A stretch of 61,651 nt of DNA, the filler included, from a bacterium (GTDB taxonomy: Bacteria > JAMOTN01), in NCBI GenBank assembly GCA_027062325.1. It is 3 parts of 3 records of this genome, joined end to end, with 100 filler letters (N's around TTAATTAATTAA, not from the genome) between each part and the next. Parts side by side here need not be neighbours in the genome. Positions count along the whole stretch, not along the records: positions 28,566 to 56,686 come from JAMOTN010000051.1; positions 56,787 to 61,651 come from JAMOTN010000057.1; 1 more part is not named here. One strand, 5' to 3'. The notes beneath the pieces are model-generated. The model was not told where the DNA came from, searched no databases, and worked only from the letters and a program-made list of their open reading frames with translations. The position numbers were made by a program, and so were the translations under genes. Positions 50,566-60,961 of the stretch are shown in pieces. The number at the start of each line of letters is the position of its first letter. Position 1 is the stretch's first letter.

Positions 50566-52069
50566 CCTCAACTACCTCCCTCACAAGTCCAACAATCTCT
50601 GGAATGGAATCAAACACATGTTCAATCCATTCCCTAACTTCAAAATCTGTCTCCACAACCTCAAACTCCAAAACTTCTGCCAGTTTCAAAGCAAAATCTG
50701 ATGGTCTAAGCCCTTCTCTCTTCCTCAAAAATACAGCCTGCAAAGCCGTGGCTATCTCCATTGCTGAGACATATATCGAGTTTTTAACAACCTCATAGTA
50801 ATTCCATGCTGAAGCATTCGCCATACTAACGTGATCCTCTTGCCCTGCAGAGGTAGGAATTGTATCTACCACCGCTGGATGTGATAAGACTTTATTCTGA
50901 GCAACTAGGCTTGCGGCCGCATATTGAACAATCATGAAACCAGAATTCAGCCCACTCTTTGGAGCAAGAAAAGCACTCAAACCTCTGTTTTTGGCAGGAT
51001 CAAGAAGCAGGTACATACGTCTTTCAGCTATACTTGCAAGCTCAGAGGCTGCTAATTTTAAACCCTCTGCTGCAAATCCAATAGGTTCTGCATGGAAGTT
51101 TCCACCTGATATAGCATCGTCCTCAAATATTATTGGATTATCCGTAACCGAGTCCATTTCATTTTCTAATATCTTTTTCTGAAGCAGCATCTGATCTAAA
51201 CTTGCACCAGCCACAATAGGTGAACAACGCATTGAATATGGATCCTGTACATAAGGTGACACAGCAAGCTTTATAATCTGATCACTTCCATTCAAAAGCA
51301 CCCGTAATAACCTTGCCCACTCAAGTTGTCCACTCTGTTTTCTAACAGCTAAAACCCTATCCTCTAAAGCTTTGATATGCCCTCTCATTGCCTCAAATGA
51401 TAAGGCATTCCCCACCGCACTTAACAAAACTAGGAGAGAATGAAGCAAGTAGGTATAACTAGCTATAGCAGTAGTAAAACTTGTTCCGTTTATCAAAGCA
51501 AGTCCTTCTTTAGCCTCAAGCCTTTTGGAACGTAGGCCAAACTTTTTTAAAGCAACTGCTGCATCCTCTATCCTACCATCAGGATACATGACTTTCCCTT
51601 CACCCAAAAGCAACATAGCCATAGCAGCAAGTGGAGCGAGATCCCCACTTGCTCCAACACTTCCCCATTTTGGTATAGCAGGAACAAGCCCTGTATCAAG
51701 AAGATCTCTTAGAAACTCAAGAGTAGCAAGTGAGACTCCCGAAAATCCTTTCGATAGAGTGTGCAATCTTATTATAGTTGCCAATTTAGCTATAGGATAC
51801 GGAGTATATTCACCTACACCAACATCGTGACTTCTTATCAAATTTTCTTGAAGCAATGCTGTCTCTTCAGACAAAATTTTCACTTTAGCTAACTCTCCAA
51901 ATCCTGTGTTGACTCCATAAACACTTTTTTCCGAGCCAGCAAGCAACTGGCAATTATTGTAGGACTTCTCAACTTTTTCAAGACACGATGGAGATATCTT
52001 AAACTCAACATCTTTTATAGCCATCTTAGCATCCCTCATAGAAAATCCCTCTTTCCCAACAACAAACAT
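50489..52069 (-). CDS. hutH: Histidine ammonia-lyase
   Basis: YGVNTGFG, RSH (histidine-type specificity), GASGDL (MIO), QDPYS.RC, QEDHVSM. Confidence 0.9.
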   Translation of the reverse strand: MFVVGKEGFSMRDAKMAIKDVEFKISPSCLEKVEKSYNNCQLLAGSEKSVYGVNTGFGELAKVKILSEETALLQENLIRSHDVGVGEYTPYPIAKLATIIRLHTLSKGFSGVSLATLEFLRDLLDTGLVPAIPKWGSVGASGDLAPLAAMAMLLLGEGKVMYPDGRIEDAAVALKKFGLRSKRLEAKEGLALINGTSFTTAIASYTYLLHSLLVLLSAVGNALSFEAMRGHIKALEDRVLAVRKQSGQLEWARLLRVLLNGSDQIIKLAVSPYVQDPYSMRCSPIVAGASLDQMLLQKKILENEMDSVTDNPIIFEDDAISGGNFHAEPIGFAAEGLKLAASELASIAERRMYLLLDPAKNRGLSAFLAPKSGLNSGFMIVQYAAASLVAQNKVLSHPAVVDTIPTSAGQEDHVSMANASAWNYYEVVKNSIYVSAMEIATALQAVFLRKREGLRPSDFALKLAEVLEFEVVETDFEVREWIEHVFDSIPEIVGLVREVVEDEAISDEIRETFELAWEKPNFDYRA

Positions 52070-52084
52070 AATCTTCCCTCCCTA

Positions 52085-52861
52085 CTAATCAATAACTATA
52101 GTTCTTCTAATAAGATCTACAAATTTTTCACGCTCTTTCTCTTCCTCAAACAGTACTTTAACCTTCTCTAATAACTCTTCCACAGTAAACTTATTCAATA
52201 ACATCAAGAGAACAGAAGTTGCCAGCACTGAATCCTCTCCTAAAGCGAAGGGTACAATATCTTTTAATTCCTCAATCTCCCAATCGTAATTCGTCATCAG
52301 TTTTAAAATGCGCAAACGCATCTCCAAATCATCCGATTCCAAAAAAAGCTTTATTAAAGTCTCCTTATCACGAAATTTCACAACCTCTGCAAGTTTCAAA
52401 ACATCCTTAGCCAAAAGCTTTTCCTCAAGCATTGCAGCCAAACTCGGTAACTCATCAGGCATTATAGCCAATAAGGTGTTCAGAATCTCACGTTTTACTG
52501 CTGTATCATTTTCCAAAAAAAAGCGTTGATAAAGGTACTTAGCAGCAGACTTTATCTCAAATATGGCAATCTTTTTTAATACGTCTCTGAATTCTTGTCC
52601 AGTCGTTTTAACAAGCTTTTCCAATATCTTCTTCTCATCTTCCTCTGTTAAAAACTCACCGCCAACCTTCTTGTAAACTTTGATATCCTCAACAAGTCTT
52701 ACCCAACTTGCAAGCATATTCTTTTCATACTCTGCAAATATTGTCAGAGCTTTTCTTTCTGCTTGTCTTCTATTCGGTGCCTCTATTTCATAAGTTATGC
52801 TGTACAACTTTGACAACTCCTTACTCACTCGATATGTTATCTTAACCCTATAGGTTGGCAT
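52085..52861 (-). CDS. Hypothetical protein with HEAT-like helical C-terminus
   Basis: SD GAGGT before ATG 52861; translationally coupled to the upstream gene. Confidence 0.65.
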   Translation of the reverse strand: MPTYRVKITYRVSKELSKLYSITYEIEAPNRRQAERKALTIFAEYEKNMLASWVRLVEDIKVYKKVGGEFLTEEDEKKILEKLVKTTGQEFRDVLKKIAIFEIKSAAKYLYQRFFLENDTAVKREILNTLLAIMPDELPSLAAMLEEKLLAKDVLKLAEVVKFRDKETLIKLFLESDDLEMRLRILKLMTNYDWEIEELKDIVPFALGEDSVLATSVLLMLLNKFTVEELLEKVKVLFEEEKEREKFVDLIRRTIVID

Positions 52862-53822
52862 TAAGCTCAACCTCCCCAACCACTTCTCCATGCCCATTCC
52901 GATAACATAAATCAATTTCAGAAGGCATAGCCACAGAAACAAACTTTTCGAGTAATTTAATAGCAATATAACCAACCTCATTTGAAGTAGCACACTCAGA
53001 TTTTACATAAACACCAACACTTTCAGTAACCACAATAATCTGCGAAGCTGCACCTGTCTTTGCCAAAACCTTCTCAGAATTAGCCTTCATTATAAGTGTA
53101 TCAACTCTATTTGTTCCACCAACCAACTTTGGATTTCTTCTGCAAGCCTTTAATACCCTGTGATTAAAGTTCTCCAAAAGCCACCTCAAGAATGCAACTG
53201 AAGAAAACGCCCAATTTTTGAACCCACATCCATCCACACCAGACACAAATTTCTCATCCAATTTCTCTATCAACATCTCCACAGGGTGATAAGTATCATC
53301 ACTCTTTAGGTAACTTTCAATAACATTACCTAAGCCACTTTTCTTTAAATAATACAAGGCCATTGCATGCTTCCCAGAACAGTTGTGATAAATTCTCTCT
53401 GGCTTCAAACCGTACGCTCTCAACTTAGCTCTAGCCAGTTCATCAATTGGATAACTTTCAGGAGTCATCAAATAAGAAGTGTTTAAACCTGCCTTCTGTA
53501 AAATTGAGTTAACCAACAAAATATGTTCTTTTTCTCCACTGTGTGAAGCACTTGCTACCGCCAACTCTTCATCCGATAATTCACCCAAATCAATCCCTTT
53601 TTTAACCAATTCATCATAATAAGCAACAGTAATCAACGGTTTTACAACCGACCTTAAAAAGTAAATCCTATTGGTATCAGCAACAACACTAAAATCTTCA
53701 AATTCTTTTAAAACCAAAGAAAAATCAAAATGCACAACCCTTTCAACTAAACCCTCTCCTTCAAAGGAGTCTCTTCGATAAATAAGAGAACCCTCCATAA
53801 AACTCATCTCTCCAAAGATCAC
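52848..53822 (-). CDS. Rhizobium etli-type (class 3) L-asparaginase
   Basis: RSVVKP, ASHSGE, HNCSGKH, DGCG, KTGA. Confidence 0.85.
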   Translation of the reverse strand: MIFGEMSFMEGSLIYRRDSFEGEGLVERVVHFDFSLVLKEFEDFSVVADTNRIYFLRSVVKPLITVAYYDELVKKGIDLGELSDEELAVASASHSGEKEHILLVNSILQKAGLNTSYLMTPESYPIDELARAKLRAYGLKPERIYHNCSGKHAMALYYLKKSGLGNVIESYLKSDDTYHPVEMLIEKLDEKFVSGVDGCGFKNWAFSSVAFLRWLLENFNHRVLKACRRNPKLVGGTNRVDTLIMKANSEKVLAKTGAASQIIVVTESVGVYVKSECATSNEVGYIAIKLLEKFVSVAMPSEIDLCYRNGHGEVVGEVELNANL

Positions 53823-55924
53823 TTAATCTTTTCTAACTCACTCTCATCAAAACTGCCGTACAAAACCACACGATTACGCCCTGAAAACTTCGCCCAGTAC
53901 AAAGCTTTATCTGCACACTCAATTAATTCTTGCTTTTGAATCGCATGCTCTGGAAAAGTCGCAACTCCTATACTTATTGTAATCTTAACGCGCTTGCCAT
54001 TTACTCTAAAGTCGTAACTTTCCACGGCTTTTCTCAATCTCTCAGCAGGAAGAAGTGCCTCCTTTCCGCTCTTTGCTGGCAAAATTACCGCAAACTCTTC
54101 TCCTCCATATCTGCATGGAATATCAACACTTCTTATATTACTCCTTACAATCTTCGCAACAGTTTTCAAAACACGATCTCCAACCTGATGCCCGTAAGTA
54201 TCGTTAAACTTTTTGAAGTGATCAATATCCATCATTAATAGAGACAATGGCTCATCGTATCTTCGAGCCCTCTCAAGTTCACTATCAAGGCGCTGTTGGA
54301 AGTAGCGGTGTATATAGAGCTTCGTCATACCATCTGTAATTGCCATCTTATAAAGGATAGAATTGTAAAGGCTGGCAGCAACTAGATTAGAAAATGCATC
54401 TATAAACTCAATCTGCTCTTTGGTAAACTCAATCTTTTCAAGAGTGGCAATATTTAAAACTCCAATTGTACTCCCCTTTGCCTTTAAAGGAACACATATA
54501 CTGCTTCCACCAAACAACTTTTTCTCTCCACGTAATCTTTTGAATATCTCATCATTTTCAACATCACTTGCCACATAAATTTCACCCGTCTTGAATACCC
54601 ATCCTGCAATTCCCACATCAACCTTCTGTCTTAAACCAACCTCTACCTCTTCAGGAAGCCCCCATGCTTTTTCCAAAATCAATTCTTGACTCTCATCGTC
54701 GTATATCATTATGGATACACGAGAAGCAGTAGGTACAATATTCAAACACGCCTTAACTATCTCATCAAGTAAATCTTCATATTCCAATTGAGAAGACAAT
54801 CGTCTTCCCAAGTTATAAAGAGTGCTTATCCTATCTATCACCTTCTTCATATTTTTTCTCATCGTTTCAATCGACTCAACCAAAACTTCAAACTCATCTC
54901 CGGTCTTAACTTCAATGCTTCTATCTAAATCCCCAGAAGCAACTGCAAGAGCTCCAGCCACTATTTCCTTAATTGGATTGGTAATCTTCATAGTTATAAA
55001 CATTGCCATGGCTACTGCAAGTAAAACTGACAAAACAACGTAAAACATTATTTTTCTCTTAACCTCCATAATTGGAGAGAATAAAACACTTCTGTCAGCT
55101 ACTAAGTAAATCTTTAGATTAAATCTATTTCCATCTCCCAATCCCACAAAGAACTTATACTCCTTAACATACGAACTGCCAAAATTAGGTAATTTTTTTC
55201 CTATACTACCAAGCTCTTTTGTGGAAGTAACAATAACTACTCGTCCATCATCAGTAGTTATATAAGCATTCGCCCAACCAATGTTTATTCCCGTTATAAA
55301 CTTAGCAAGTTCTGATACATCAACTTCTGCAAGCAAAACTCCTCTTTCAGTAAAATTCATATCCCTCACTGGCACAGCAACTATTATCACAGGAAATCCA
55401 TAAAGTGGATGCATAAATATGTTACTAACAAACACACTTTGATTAACCATCCTAACAAATACAATATACCACCAATTCAGGTAAGAAACCCTTTCATAAA
55501 CTCTTCCCCTTTCTGCAACAACTTCTCCCTTATCATCAAACAGTATTATTTTTCTCACAGCTAAATTCGTCTTTAAAACATTTGAAAACAACTCTTCGGC
55601 TTTTTCCCCTTCAAATGACTTAACCTCTCTTTGAGCCGCTAAATTAGATATAACAGTCGTTATCTCCTTCATCTTAACAGCAAAGGTGCTTCTAACCACA
55701 TTACTCAAACTTACTAACTTATCAACAACAAGCTTTTCAATGGTTCTTTTCTGAGAATTTATGGACAAAAGTCCCAATATAACTCCTGTCAACACCACTA
55801 CTGATATAAAAGCAAGCATCAATTTCAGAGAGAAACTTCTAAAACTTGCACCACTTTTAAAGCTCCCTTTTACAGGGCTTACATCACTCTTCAACTTTCC
55901 TGAATCTGCACTCTTTTTACCCAT
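53819..55924 (-). CDS. Membrane diguanylate cyclase (Cache-HAMP-GAF-GGDEF)
   Basis: Two TM helices, HAMP, GAF, DIDHFK.FND.YGH, RSVD I-site, RYGGEEF. Confidence 0.93.
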   Translation of the reverse strand: MGKKSADSGKLKSDVSPVKGSFKSGASFRSFSLKLMLAFISVVVLTGVILGLLSINSQKRTIEKLVVDKLVSLSNVVRSTFAVKMKEITTVISNLAAQREVKSFEGEKAEELFSNVLKTNLAVRKIILFDDKGEVVAERGRVYERVSYLNWWYIVFVRMVNQSVFVSNIFMHPLYGFPVIIVAVPVRDMNFTERGVLLAEVDVSELAKFITGINIGWANAYITTDDGRVVIVTSTKELGSIGKKLPNFGSSYVKEYKFFVGLGDGNRFNLKIYLVADRSVLFSPIMEVKRKIMFYVVLSVLLAVAMAMFITMKITNPIKEIVAGALAVASGDLDRSIEVKTGDEFEVLVESIETMRKNMKKVIDRISTLYNLGRRLSSQLEYEDLLDEIVKACLNIVPTASRVSIMIYDDESQELILEKAWGLPEEVEVGLRQKVDVGIAGWVFKTGEIYVASDVENDEIFKRLRGEKKLFGGSSICVPLKAKGSTIGVLNIATLEKIEFTKEQIEFIDAFSNLVAASLYNSILYKMAITDGMTKLYIHRYFQQRLDSELERARRYDEPLSLLMMDIDHFKKFNDTYGHQVGDRVLKTVAKIVRSNIRSVDIPCRYGGEEFAVILPAKSGKEALLPAERLRKAVESYDFRVNGKRVKITISIGVATFPEHAIQKQELIECADKALYWAKFSGRNRVVLYGSFDESELEKIK

Positions 55925-56661
55925 ACTGCTTCTCTCCCTGAAAATTCCACTACTAACCCAGACAACACATACGGCTTTCTCATTTGAACATTATACCGCG
56001 AAAACATAGGATATCTAAACCTGGCTATGGCTCCCTTTGGAATTACACCAATAACCGAATTCACAGGGCCTGTCATTCCCAAATCACTTATGTAAGCTGT
56101 TCCATTTGGAAGAATCCTCTCGTCAGCCGTTTGAACATGAGTATGAGTTCCAACTACGCAAGAGACCTCTCCATCAAGCCAGTAAGCAATTGAAAGCTTC
56201 TCTGCTGTTGTTTCAGCATGAACATCTATAAAAACGTTATCGTAATTTGCAAAATTTTCTCTCTCCTTTTCTAACCACGTAAAAGGAGAAGATATACGCT
56301 GAGTAAAAAGCTGGCCACACACATTCAAAACCAAAACACTCTTACCCTTAATTTCAAGCTCTAACTTGTAATTTCCTGGAACTCCTTGCCAATTAGCAGG
56401 CCTTAACACAGGGTATTTTGTAAGGATTTTCTCAAGATTTTCTCTCTTATCCCATATATGGTTACCACTTGTCATAATATCCACACCAGCATCCAACATT
56501 TCAACTACTGTTCTCTCAGTTACTCCCGCACCACCTGCAAGATTCTCAACATTCGCAATCACTAGATCCAAACTCCATTCTTTTCTCAGGCGATGAACGT
56601 AATTTTTAACCATGTAACGTCCGGGCCTTCCAAAAACATCCCCTATAAACAAAACACGCAA
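55891..56661 (-). CDS. ymdB: YmdB/TIGR00282 metallophosphoesterase
   Basis: GDVFGRPG, NVEN, GNH, DVHAETTAEK, GTHTHVQTAD, DLGMTG. Confidence 0.92.
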   Translation of the reverse strand: MRVLFIGDVFGRPGRYMVKNYVHRLRKEWSLDLVIANVENLAGGAGVTERTVVEMLDAGVDIMTSGNHIWDKRENLEKILTKYPVLRPANWQGVPGNYKLELEIKGKSVLVLNVCGQLFTQRISSPFTWLEKERENFANYDNVFIDVHAETTAEKLSIAYWLDGEVSCVVGTHTHVQTADERILPNGTAYISDLGMTGPVNSVIGVIPKGAIARFRYPMFSRYNVQMRKPYVLSGLVVEFSGREAVWVKRVQIQES

Positions 56662-56686
56662 TTTTCATCCCTTCCTTACAAACCCA

Positions 56687-56786
56687 NNNNNNNNNNNNNN
56701 NNNNNNNNNNNNNNNNNNNNNNNNNNNNNNTTAATTAATTAANNNNNNNNNNNNNNNNNNNNNNNNNNNNNNNNNNNNNNNNNNNN
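56687..56786. other. Artificial contig-joining spacer
   Basis: N44-TTAATTAATTAA-N44. Confidence 0.98.
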
Positions 56787-56969
56787 CCAACTAGCCTTTC
56801 TAACTCCCGGGATTAATCCCCAACCAGCATATTTCCTAAAACATATACGACACATATTGAATCTTCTTATGAAAGCACGTGGTCTTCCACAAATTGGACA
56901 TCTGTTGTACTTACGTACTTTAAACTTTGGTTCTTTCTGAGCCTTAACTACCAATGCCTTTCTAGCCAT
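56787..56969 (-). CDS. rpsZ: 30S ribosomal protein S14, zinc-binding type (stop codon lost at gap)
   Basis: RCPICGRPR...CRICFR...PGVRKASW. Confidence 0.95.
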
Positions 56970-57541
56970 CAATTATCCCTCCCTTTTTCAAAAGGAAAGC
57001 CCAATTCCTCAAGCAAAACTTCTGCTTCTTGATCAGTCCTTGCAGTAGTAACGATGGTTATATTCATACCTCTAACCTTATCTATCATATCATAGTCTAT
57101 CTCCGGAAAGATCAACTGCTCCTGTAAACCTATGTTGTAATTTCCTCTTCCATCAAACGCATTCCTTGAAAATCCCCTGAAGTCTCTAATACGCGGCGCA
57201 GCAATCGAGATAAATCTATCTAGAAACTCCCACATACGCGCCCCGCGAAGTGTAACCTTAACTCCTATTGGGGAACCCGCTCTCAAACGAAAACCCGCTA
57301 TTGCCCTCTTGGCACGAGTAATAACCGGCCTCTGCCCAGTTATAATTGCAAGCTGACTTGCCACATTCTCTGCAATTTTTGAATTTTGAGCCGCCTCTCC
57401 AACACCAACGTTTATAACAATCTTCTCAATTTTAGGAATCTGCATAACATTCTTATAACCAAGCCTCTGCATTAACTTTCCCTTTACTTCTTTATCGTAC
57501 TTTTCTCTTAACCTCGGATAAACCTTCGGTTTTTGAAACAT
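56969..57541 (-). CDS. rplE: 50S ribosomal protein L5
   Basis: [30 protein letters not shown]. Confidence 0.98.
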   Translation of the reverse strand: MFQKPKVYPRLREKYDKEVKGKLMQRLGYKNVMQIPKIEKIVINVGVGEAAQNSKIAENVASQLAIITGQRPVITRAKRAIAGFRLRAGSPIGVKVTLRGARMWEFLDRFISIAAPRIRDFRGFSRNAFDGRGNYNIGLQEQLIFPEIDYDMIDKVRGMNITIVTTARTDQEAEVLLEELGFPFEKGRDN

Positions 57542-57572
57542 CTCTTATCACCTCTCCAATCTTGTAATTGCT

Positions 57573-57899
57573 TTAAACTTCATCTACAATTTCGCCGCAC
57601 TTCTTGCAATATCTGACCTTCTTTCTATTATCCCCTTCTCCAACAAATTTTCTCCCAGTACGAGTCGGCTTTCCACATTTTGGACAAACCAACATAACAT
57701 TAGACACATGAATTGGAGCTTCTGTCTCAATTATTCCACCAGTTTTGACCTTTTCACTTGGCCTTTGATGCTTCTTAACCATATTTACACCTTCAACTAT
57801 AACTCTATTCTGCTTAGGGATAGCCTTCAAAATCTTCCCCATTTTCCCTTTTTCTTCACCACTTATAACTACGACCATATCTCCTTTTTTGACATGCAT
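57573..57899 (-). CDS. rplX: 50S ribosomal protein L24
   Basis: [20 protein letters not shown]. Confidence 0.98.
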   Translation of the reverse strand: MHVKKGDMVVVISGEEKGKMGKILKAIPKQNRVIVEGVNMVKKHQRPSEKVKTGGIIETEAPIHVSNVMLVCPKCGKPTRTGRKFVGEGDNRKKVRYCKKCGEIVDEV

Positions 57900-57926
57900 C
57901 CTTTATCCCTCCCCAGTTCAACCAAC

Positions 57927-58295
57927 TTATAGAATCTCAGGAGCAAGCGAAACTATTCTGTAGAATCCCCTTTCTCTCAATTCCCTCGCAACCGGACCAA
58001 AAATACGCGTTCCAACCGGCTGCCCTTCCTTGTTGATTATGACTGCCGCGTTATCATCAAACCTGATGTAAGTTCCATCCTTACGTCGATATTCCTTACG
58101 AGTTCTAACAACAACTGCCTTAACAACATCTCCCTTCTCCACAGAAGAGTTAGGAATTGCCTCTTTAACAACTGCAGTTATAATATCCCCCACTCTGGCG
58201 TACCTCTTATTACTTCCGGGGTGAACCCTAATACACATAAGCTTTTTGGCACCTGTATTATCTGCAGAATTTAACATTGTCTGAACCTGTATCAT
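57927..58295 (-). CDS. rplN: 50S ribosomal protein L14
   Basis: [31 protein letters not shown]. Confidence 0.98.
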   Translation of the reverse strand: MIQVQTMLNSADNTGAKKLMCIRVHPGSNKRYARVGDIITAVVKEAIPNSSVEKGDVVKAVVVRTRKEYRRKDGTYIRFDDNAAVIINKEGQPVGTRIFGPVARELRERGFYRIVSLAPEIL

Positions 58296-58567
58296 TTCTC
58301 TTCACCCCCTCTTACAACTCCTTTTGCTCTTTCTATTATGTCAACCACCACCCATCTCTTACGACGACTCAAAGGACGACTCTCCCTAATCCTCACTCTG
58401 TCACCAACGCGGCATTCATTCTTCTCATCATGCGCCATAAACTTTTTCCTCTTTCTAACAGGCTTTTTATAGAGAGGATGAATATAAGTCCTCTCAACCA
58501 TAACCACAACACTTTTATCCATCTTATCGCTAACAACCGTTCCTATAAGCTCCAGTTTTTTACCCAT
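58292..58567 (-). CDS. rpsQ: 30S ribosomal protein S17
   Basis: [23 protein letters not shown]. Confidence 0.98.
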   Translation of the reverse strand: MGKKLELIGTVVSDKMDKSVVVMVERTYIHPLYKKPVRKRKKFMAHDEKNECRVGDRVRIRESRPLSRRKRWVVVDIIERAKGVVRGGEEK

Positions 58568-58587
58568 ATCTTATCCCTCCCCGGATG

Positions 58588-58791
58588 TTACTCTGCCTTC
58601 TGTTGTCTCTTCTTTTCAGTGAGTATTGTCAAAGCTCTTGCTATATTCCTCCTCACTTCTCTTATACGAGCAGTATTATCAAGCTCGTTCATAGCAAGCT
58701 GGAGTCTCAAATTAAAAAGTTCTTCTCTAAAATCTTTTATTTTTCTCTCAAGTTCTTCTACTGTAAGCGCTCTCAACTCATCTGCCTTCAT
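58588..58791 (-). CDS. rpmC: 50S ribosomal protein L29
   Basis: [16 protein letters not shown]. Confidence 0.96.
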   Translation of the reverse strand: MKADELRALTVEELERKIKDFREELFNLRLQLAMNELDNTARIREVRRNIARALTILTEKKRQQKAE

Positions 58792-58823
58792 TTAACATCA
58801 CCTGCCCCATTTTTTGTAGTGCA

Positions 58824-59243
58824 TTAAAAAGCCTCTTTTCCCTTTATCACAAATCTGCATTTAACAGGGAGCTTCATTGCAGCTCTTCTCAAAAGATCCC
58901 TTGCGTGTTCTTCGGTAATTCCAGCCACTTCAAACATAACAGTTCCTTTTTTAACCACTGCCATCCATCCTTCAACATCTCCCTTTCCTTTTCCCATACG
59001 AGTTTCAAGTGGTTTTTTAGTATACGGCCTATCTGGGAAGATTCTTATCCACAACTTCCCACCTTTTCTCAAATCACGAACAAGAGTAACACGAACTGCC
59101 TCTATCGCACGATTAGAAATCCAACCACATTCTGCTGCCTGTAATCCATATTCTCCAAACACAACCGTATTTCCACGAGAAGCTTTACCTCTAACTTTGG
59201 GCCTATGCTGCTTTCTCCATTTCACTCTTTTGGGCTGAAGCAT
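58824..59243 (-). CDS. rplP: 50S ribosomal protein L16
   Basis: MLQPKR.KWRKQHR, RMGKGKG. Confidence 0.98.
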   Translation of the reverse strand: MLQPKRVKWRKQHRPKVRGKASRGNTVVFGEYGLQAAECGWISNRAIEAVRVTLVRDLRKGGKLWIRIFPDRPYTKKPLETRMGKGKGDVEGWMAVVKKGTVMFEVAGITEEHARDLLRRAAMKLPVKCRFVIKGKEAF

Positions 59244-59290
59244 CTTATATCCCCCCTTAAAACAACTTTGCTCCGTTTACTCTCTTTTAA

Positions 59291-59992
59291 CTACTGCTCT
59301 TCCTTAGTCTTACCTGCCTCTTCCACTTGCTTCTTATAGTAATCTGCCAATCTATCTTCCAAAACTTCTCCTTTAAATACCCAAACTTTAACACCAATTG
59401 TTCCATATTTGGTTATTGCTACTTCAAGAGCATAATCTACATCAGCTCTCAAAGTCTGAAGTGGCATCCTACCTTCAATGTACCACTCACTTCTTGCTAT
59501 CTCTGCTCCACCAAGACGTCCAGAACATTTAATCTTTATTCCTTTAGCTCCGGCTTGCATGGCACGGAGTATTGCTCTCTTCATTGCTCTCTTATAAGGA
59601 ATTCTTTGCTCAATCTGGCGAGCCACATTTCTTGCTATAACCTTTGCATCTATTGCCGGATTCTTAACATCCTCAACCCACAACCTAACCCTTTTACCAA
59701 GCATCTTACCAAGCTCTTCTCTAATCTTCATAAATTCTGCAGACTTCTTACCTACTATAATACCGGGCCTTACACACTTTATTATTACACTAACCGCATT
59801 TGGTCCAGTCCTTTCTATCTCTATCTTAGAAATTTGAGCGCTATTCCCATAACGGCTCTCCAAATACTCTCTTATCTTAAAATCCTCCATAAGCCACTCG
59901 CGATATTCTTTTTTACTGCGAGTGTACCACCTTGAATCCCACGTCTTTATAATTCCTATTCTAAGCCCTACTGGATTCACTTTCTGTCCCAT
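59291..59992 (-). CDS. rpsC: 30S ribosomal protein S3
   Basis: [26 protein letters not shown]. Confidence 0.98.
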   Translation of the reverse strand: MGQKVNPVGLRIGIIKTWDSRWYTRSKKEYREWLMEDFKIREYLESRYGNSAQISKIEIERTGPNAVSVIIKCVRPGIIVGKKSAEFMKIREELGKMLGKRVRLWVEDVKNPAIDAKVIARNVARQIEQRIPYKRAMKRAILRAMQAGAKGIKIKCSGRLGGAEIARSEWYIEGRMPLQTLRADVDYALEVAITKYGTIGVKVWVFKGEVLEDRLADYYKKQVEEAGKTKEEQ

Positions 59993-60025
59993 CTTGATCC
60001 CTCCTTGCTTATCCTAACGTAAGCA

Positions 60026-60418
60026 TCACTTTTCTCTGACTACTACAGTTCCATGCGCCAATCTCTTTCTTATTCTGTATGCTCTTCCCATAGAAACCGG
60101 TCTTATTCTGTACATTATAGGACCTTCATCTGCATAAGCATTGTAAACGTAAAGTTTTCCTGTATCCATACCATGATTATGCTCAGCATTGGCAGCTGCA
60201 CTCTTTACAAGCTTATACCAAACACGAGCCGCTTTCTGCGGCAAAAATTTCAATATTGCAAGCGCCTCTTCCACCGTTTTCCCCTTAAAAGCAGGAATAA
60301 CTTTTCTCAACTTTTTAGCAGAAATCCTAACATAACGGGCAATCGCCCTAGCTTCAGGTTGTTTGTTTTCTAACTCCTTCTGTTCTCTCAATTTCCTCAT
60401 TCTCTTCTTCTTTCCCAT
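60026..60418 (-). CDS. rplV: 50S ribosomal protein L22 with basic N-terminal extension
   Basis: RISAKK, SAAANAEHN, DEGP, GRA.RIRKR. Confidence 0.97.
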   Translation of the reverse strand: MGKKKRMRKLREQKELENKQPEARAIARYVRISAKKLRKVIPAFKGKTVEEALAILKFLPQKAARVWYKLVKSAAANAEHNHGMDTGKLYVYNAYADEGPIMYRIRPVSMGRAYRIRKRLAHGTVVVREK

Positions 60419-60459
60419 CTCTAATCCCTCCTTAGACTACTGAGTGAACCAATTTTCCA

Positions 60460-60720
60460 CTAATCCTTGTCGTGTCCATGATAAGTACGAGTTGGTGCAA
60501 ATTCGCCAAGCTTGTGACCAACCATTTCTTCAGTAATGTAAATAGGGATGTGTTTTCTTCCATTGTGAACCGCAATCGTGTGTCCCACCATCTCAGGAAC
60601 TACTGTACTGCGTCTTGACCAGGTCTTTATTACCTCTTTTTTACCTTCTTGATTCAAACGATTGATCTTCTTCATAAGCTTCGGATCAACATAAGGCCCT
60701 TTTTTCATCGATCTTCCCAT
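60460..60720 (-). CDS. rpsS: 30S ribosomal protein S19
   Basis: [28 protein letters not shown]. Confidence 0.98.
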   Translation of the reverse strand: MGRSMKKGPYVDPKLMKKINRLNQEGKKEVIKTWSRRSTVVPEMVGHTIAVHNGRKHIPIYITEEMVGHKLGEFAPTRTYHGHDKD

Positions 60721-60823
60721 TCCCAGTCACCCCTTTAATCTGTTTTGTTTTCTTCTCTCAACCTTACTCTATCTATGCTTTTGCAGCTTTTGCTCCCTTC
60801 CCTAACTTCTAGCACGCTCCTTT

Positions 60824-60851
60824 ATTTTAGCATACCTTTTAACTTTGTCAA
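60824..60851 (-). promoter_or_regulatory. Internal sigma70 promoter upstream of rpsS
   Basis: TTGACA-N16-TAAAAT with an extended -10 (TGc-TAAAAT). Confidence 0.8.
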
Positions 60852-60883
60852 CCTTCACCTTTATCGTGTGTCCCACCTCTATG

Positions 60884-60951
60884 AAAAATTAAAAGGCGAA
60901 GGAACTACCAACACTTTTAACAATCTCTACGCATCAGCAGCCCCTTCGCCT
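60884..60951 (-). terminator. Long hairpin plus U-tract immediately after rplB
   Basis: 21 contiguous pairs (7 G-U), 16-nt loop, then UUUAAUUUUU. Confidence 0.75.
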
Positions 60952-60961
60952 AAAAAGCCAA

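Noticed and set aside
60026-60418. N-terminal extension on L22
   Set aside because: Short basic extensions on L22 occur in several lineages; not distinctive
60735-60815. 26-codon GTG-started ORF in the rpsS leader
   Set aside because: SD lies only 1 nt from the start and the TSS is adjacent; no recognisable peptide
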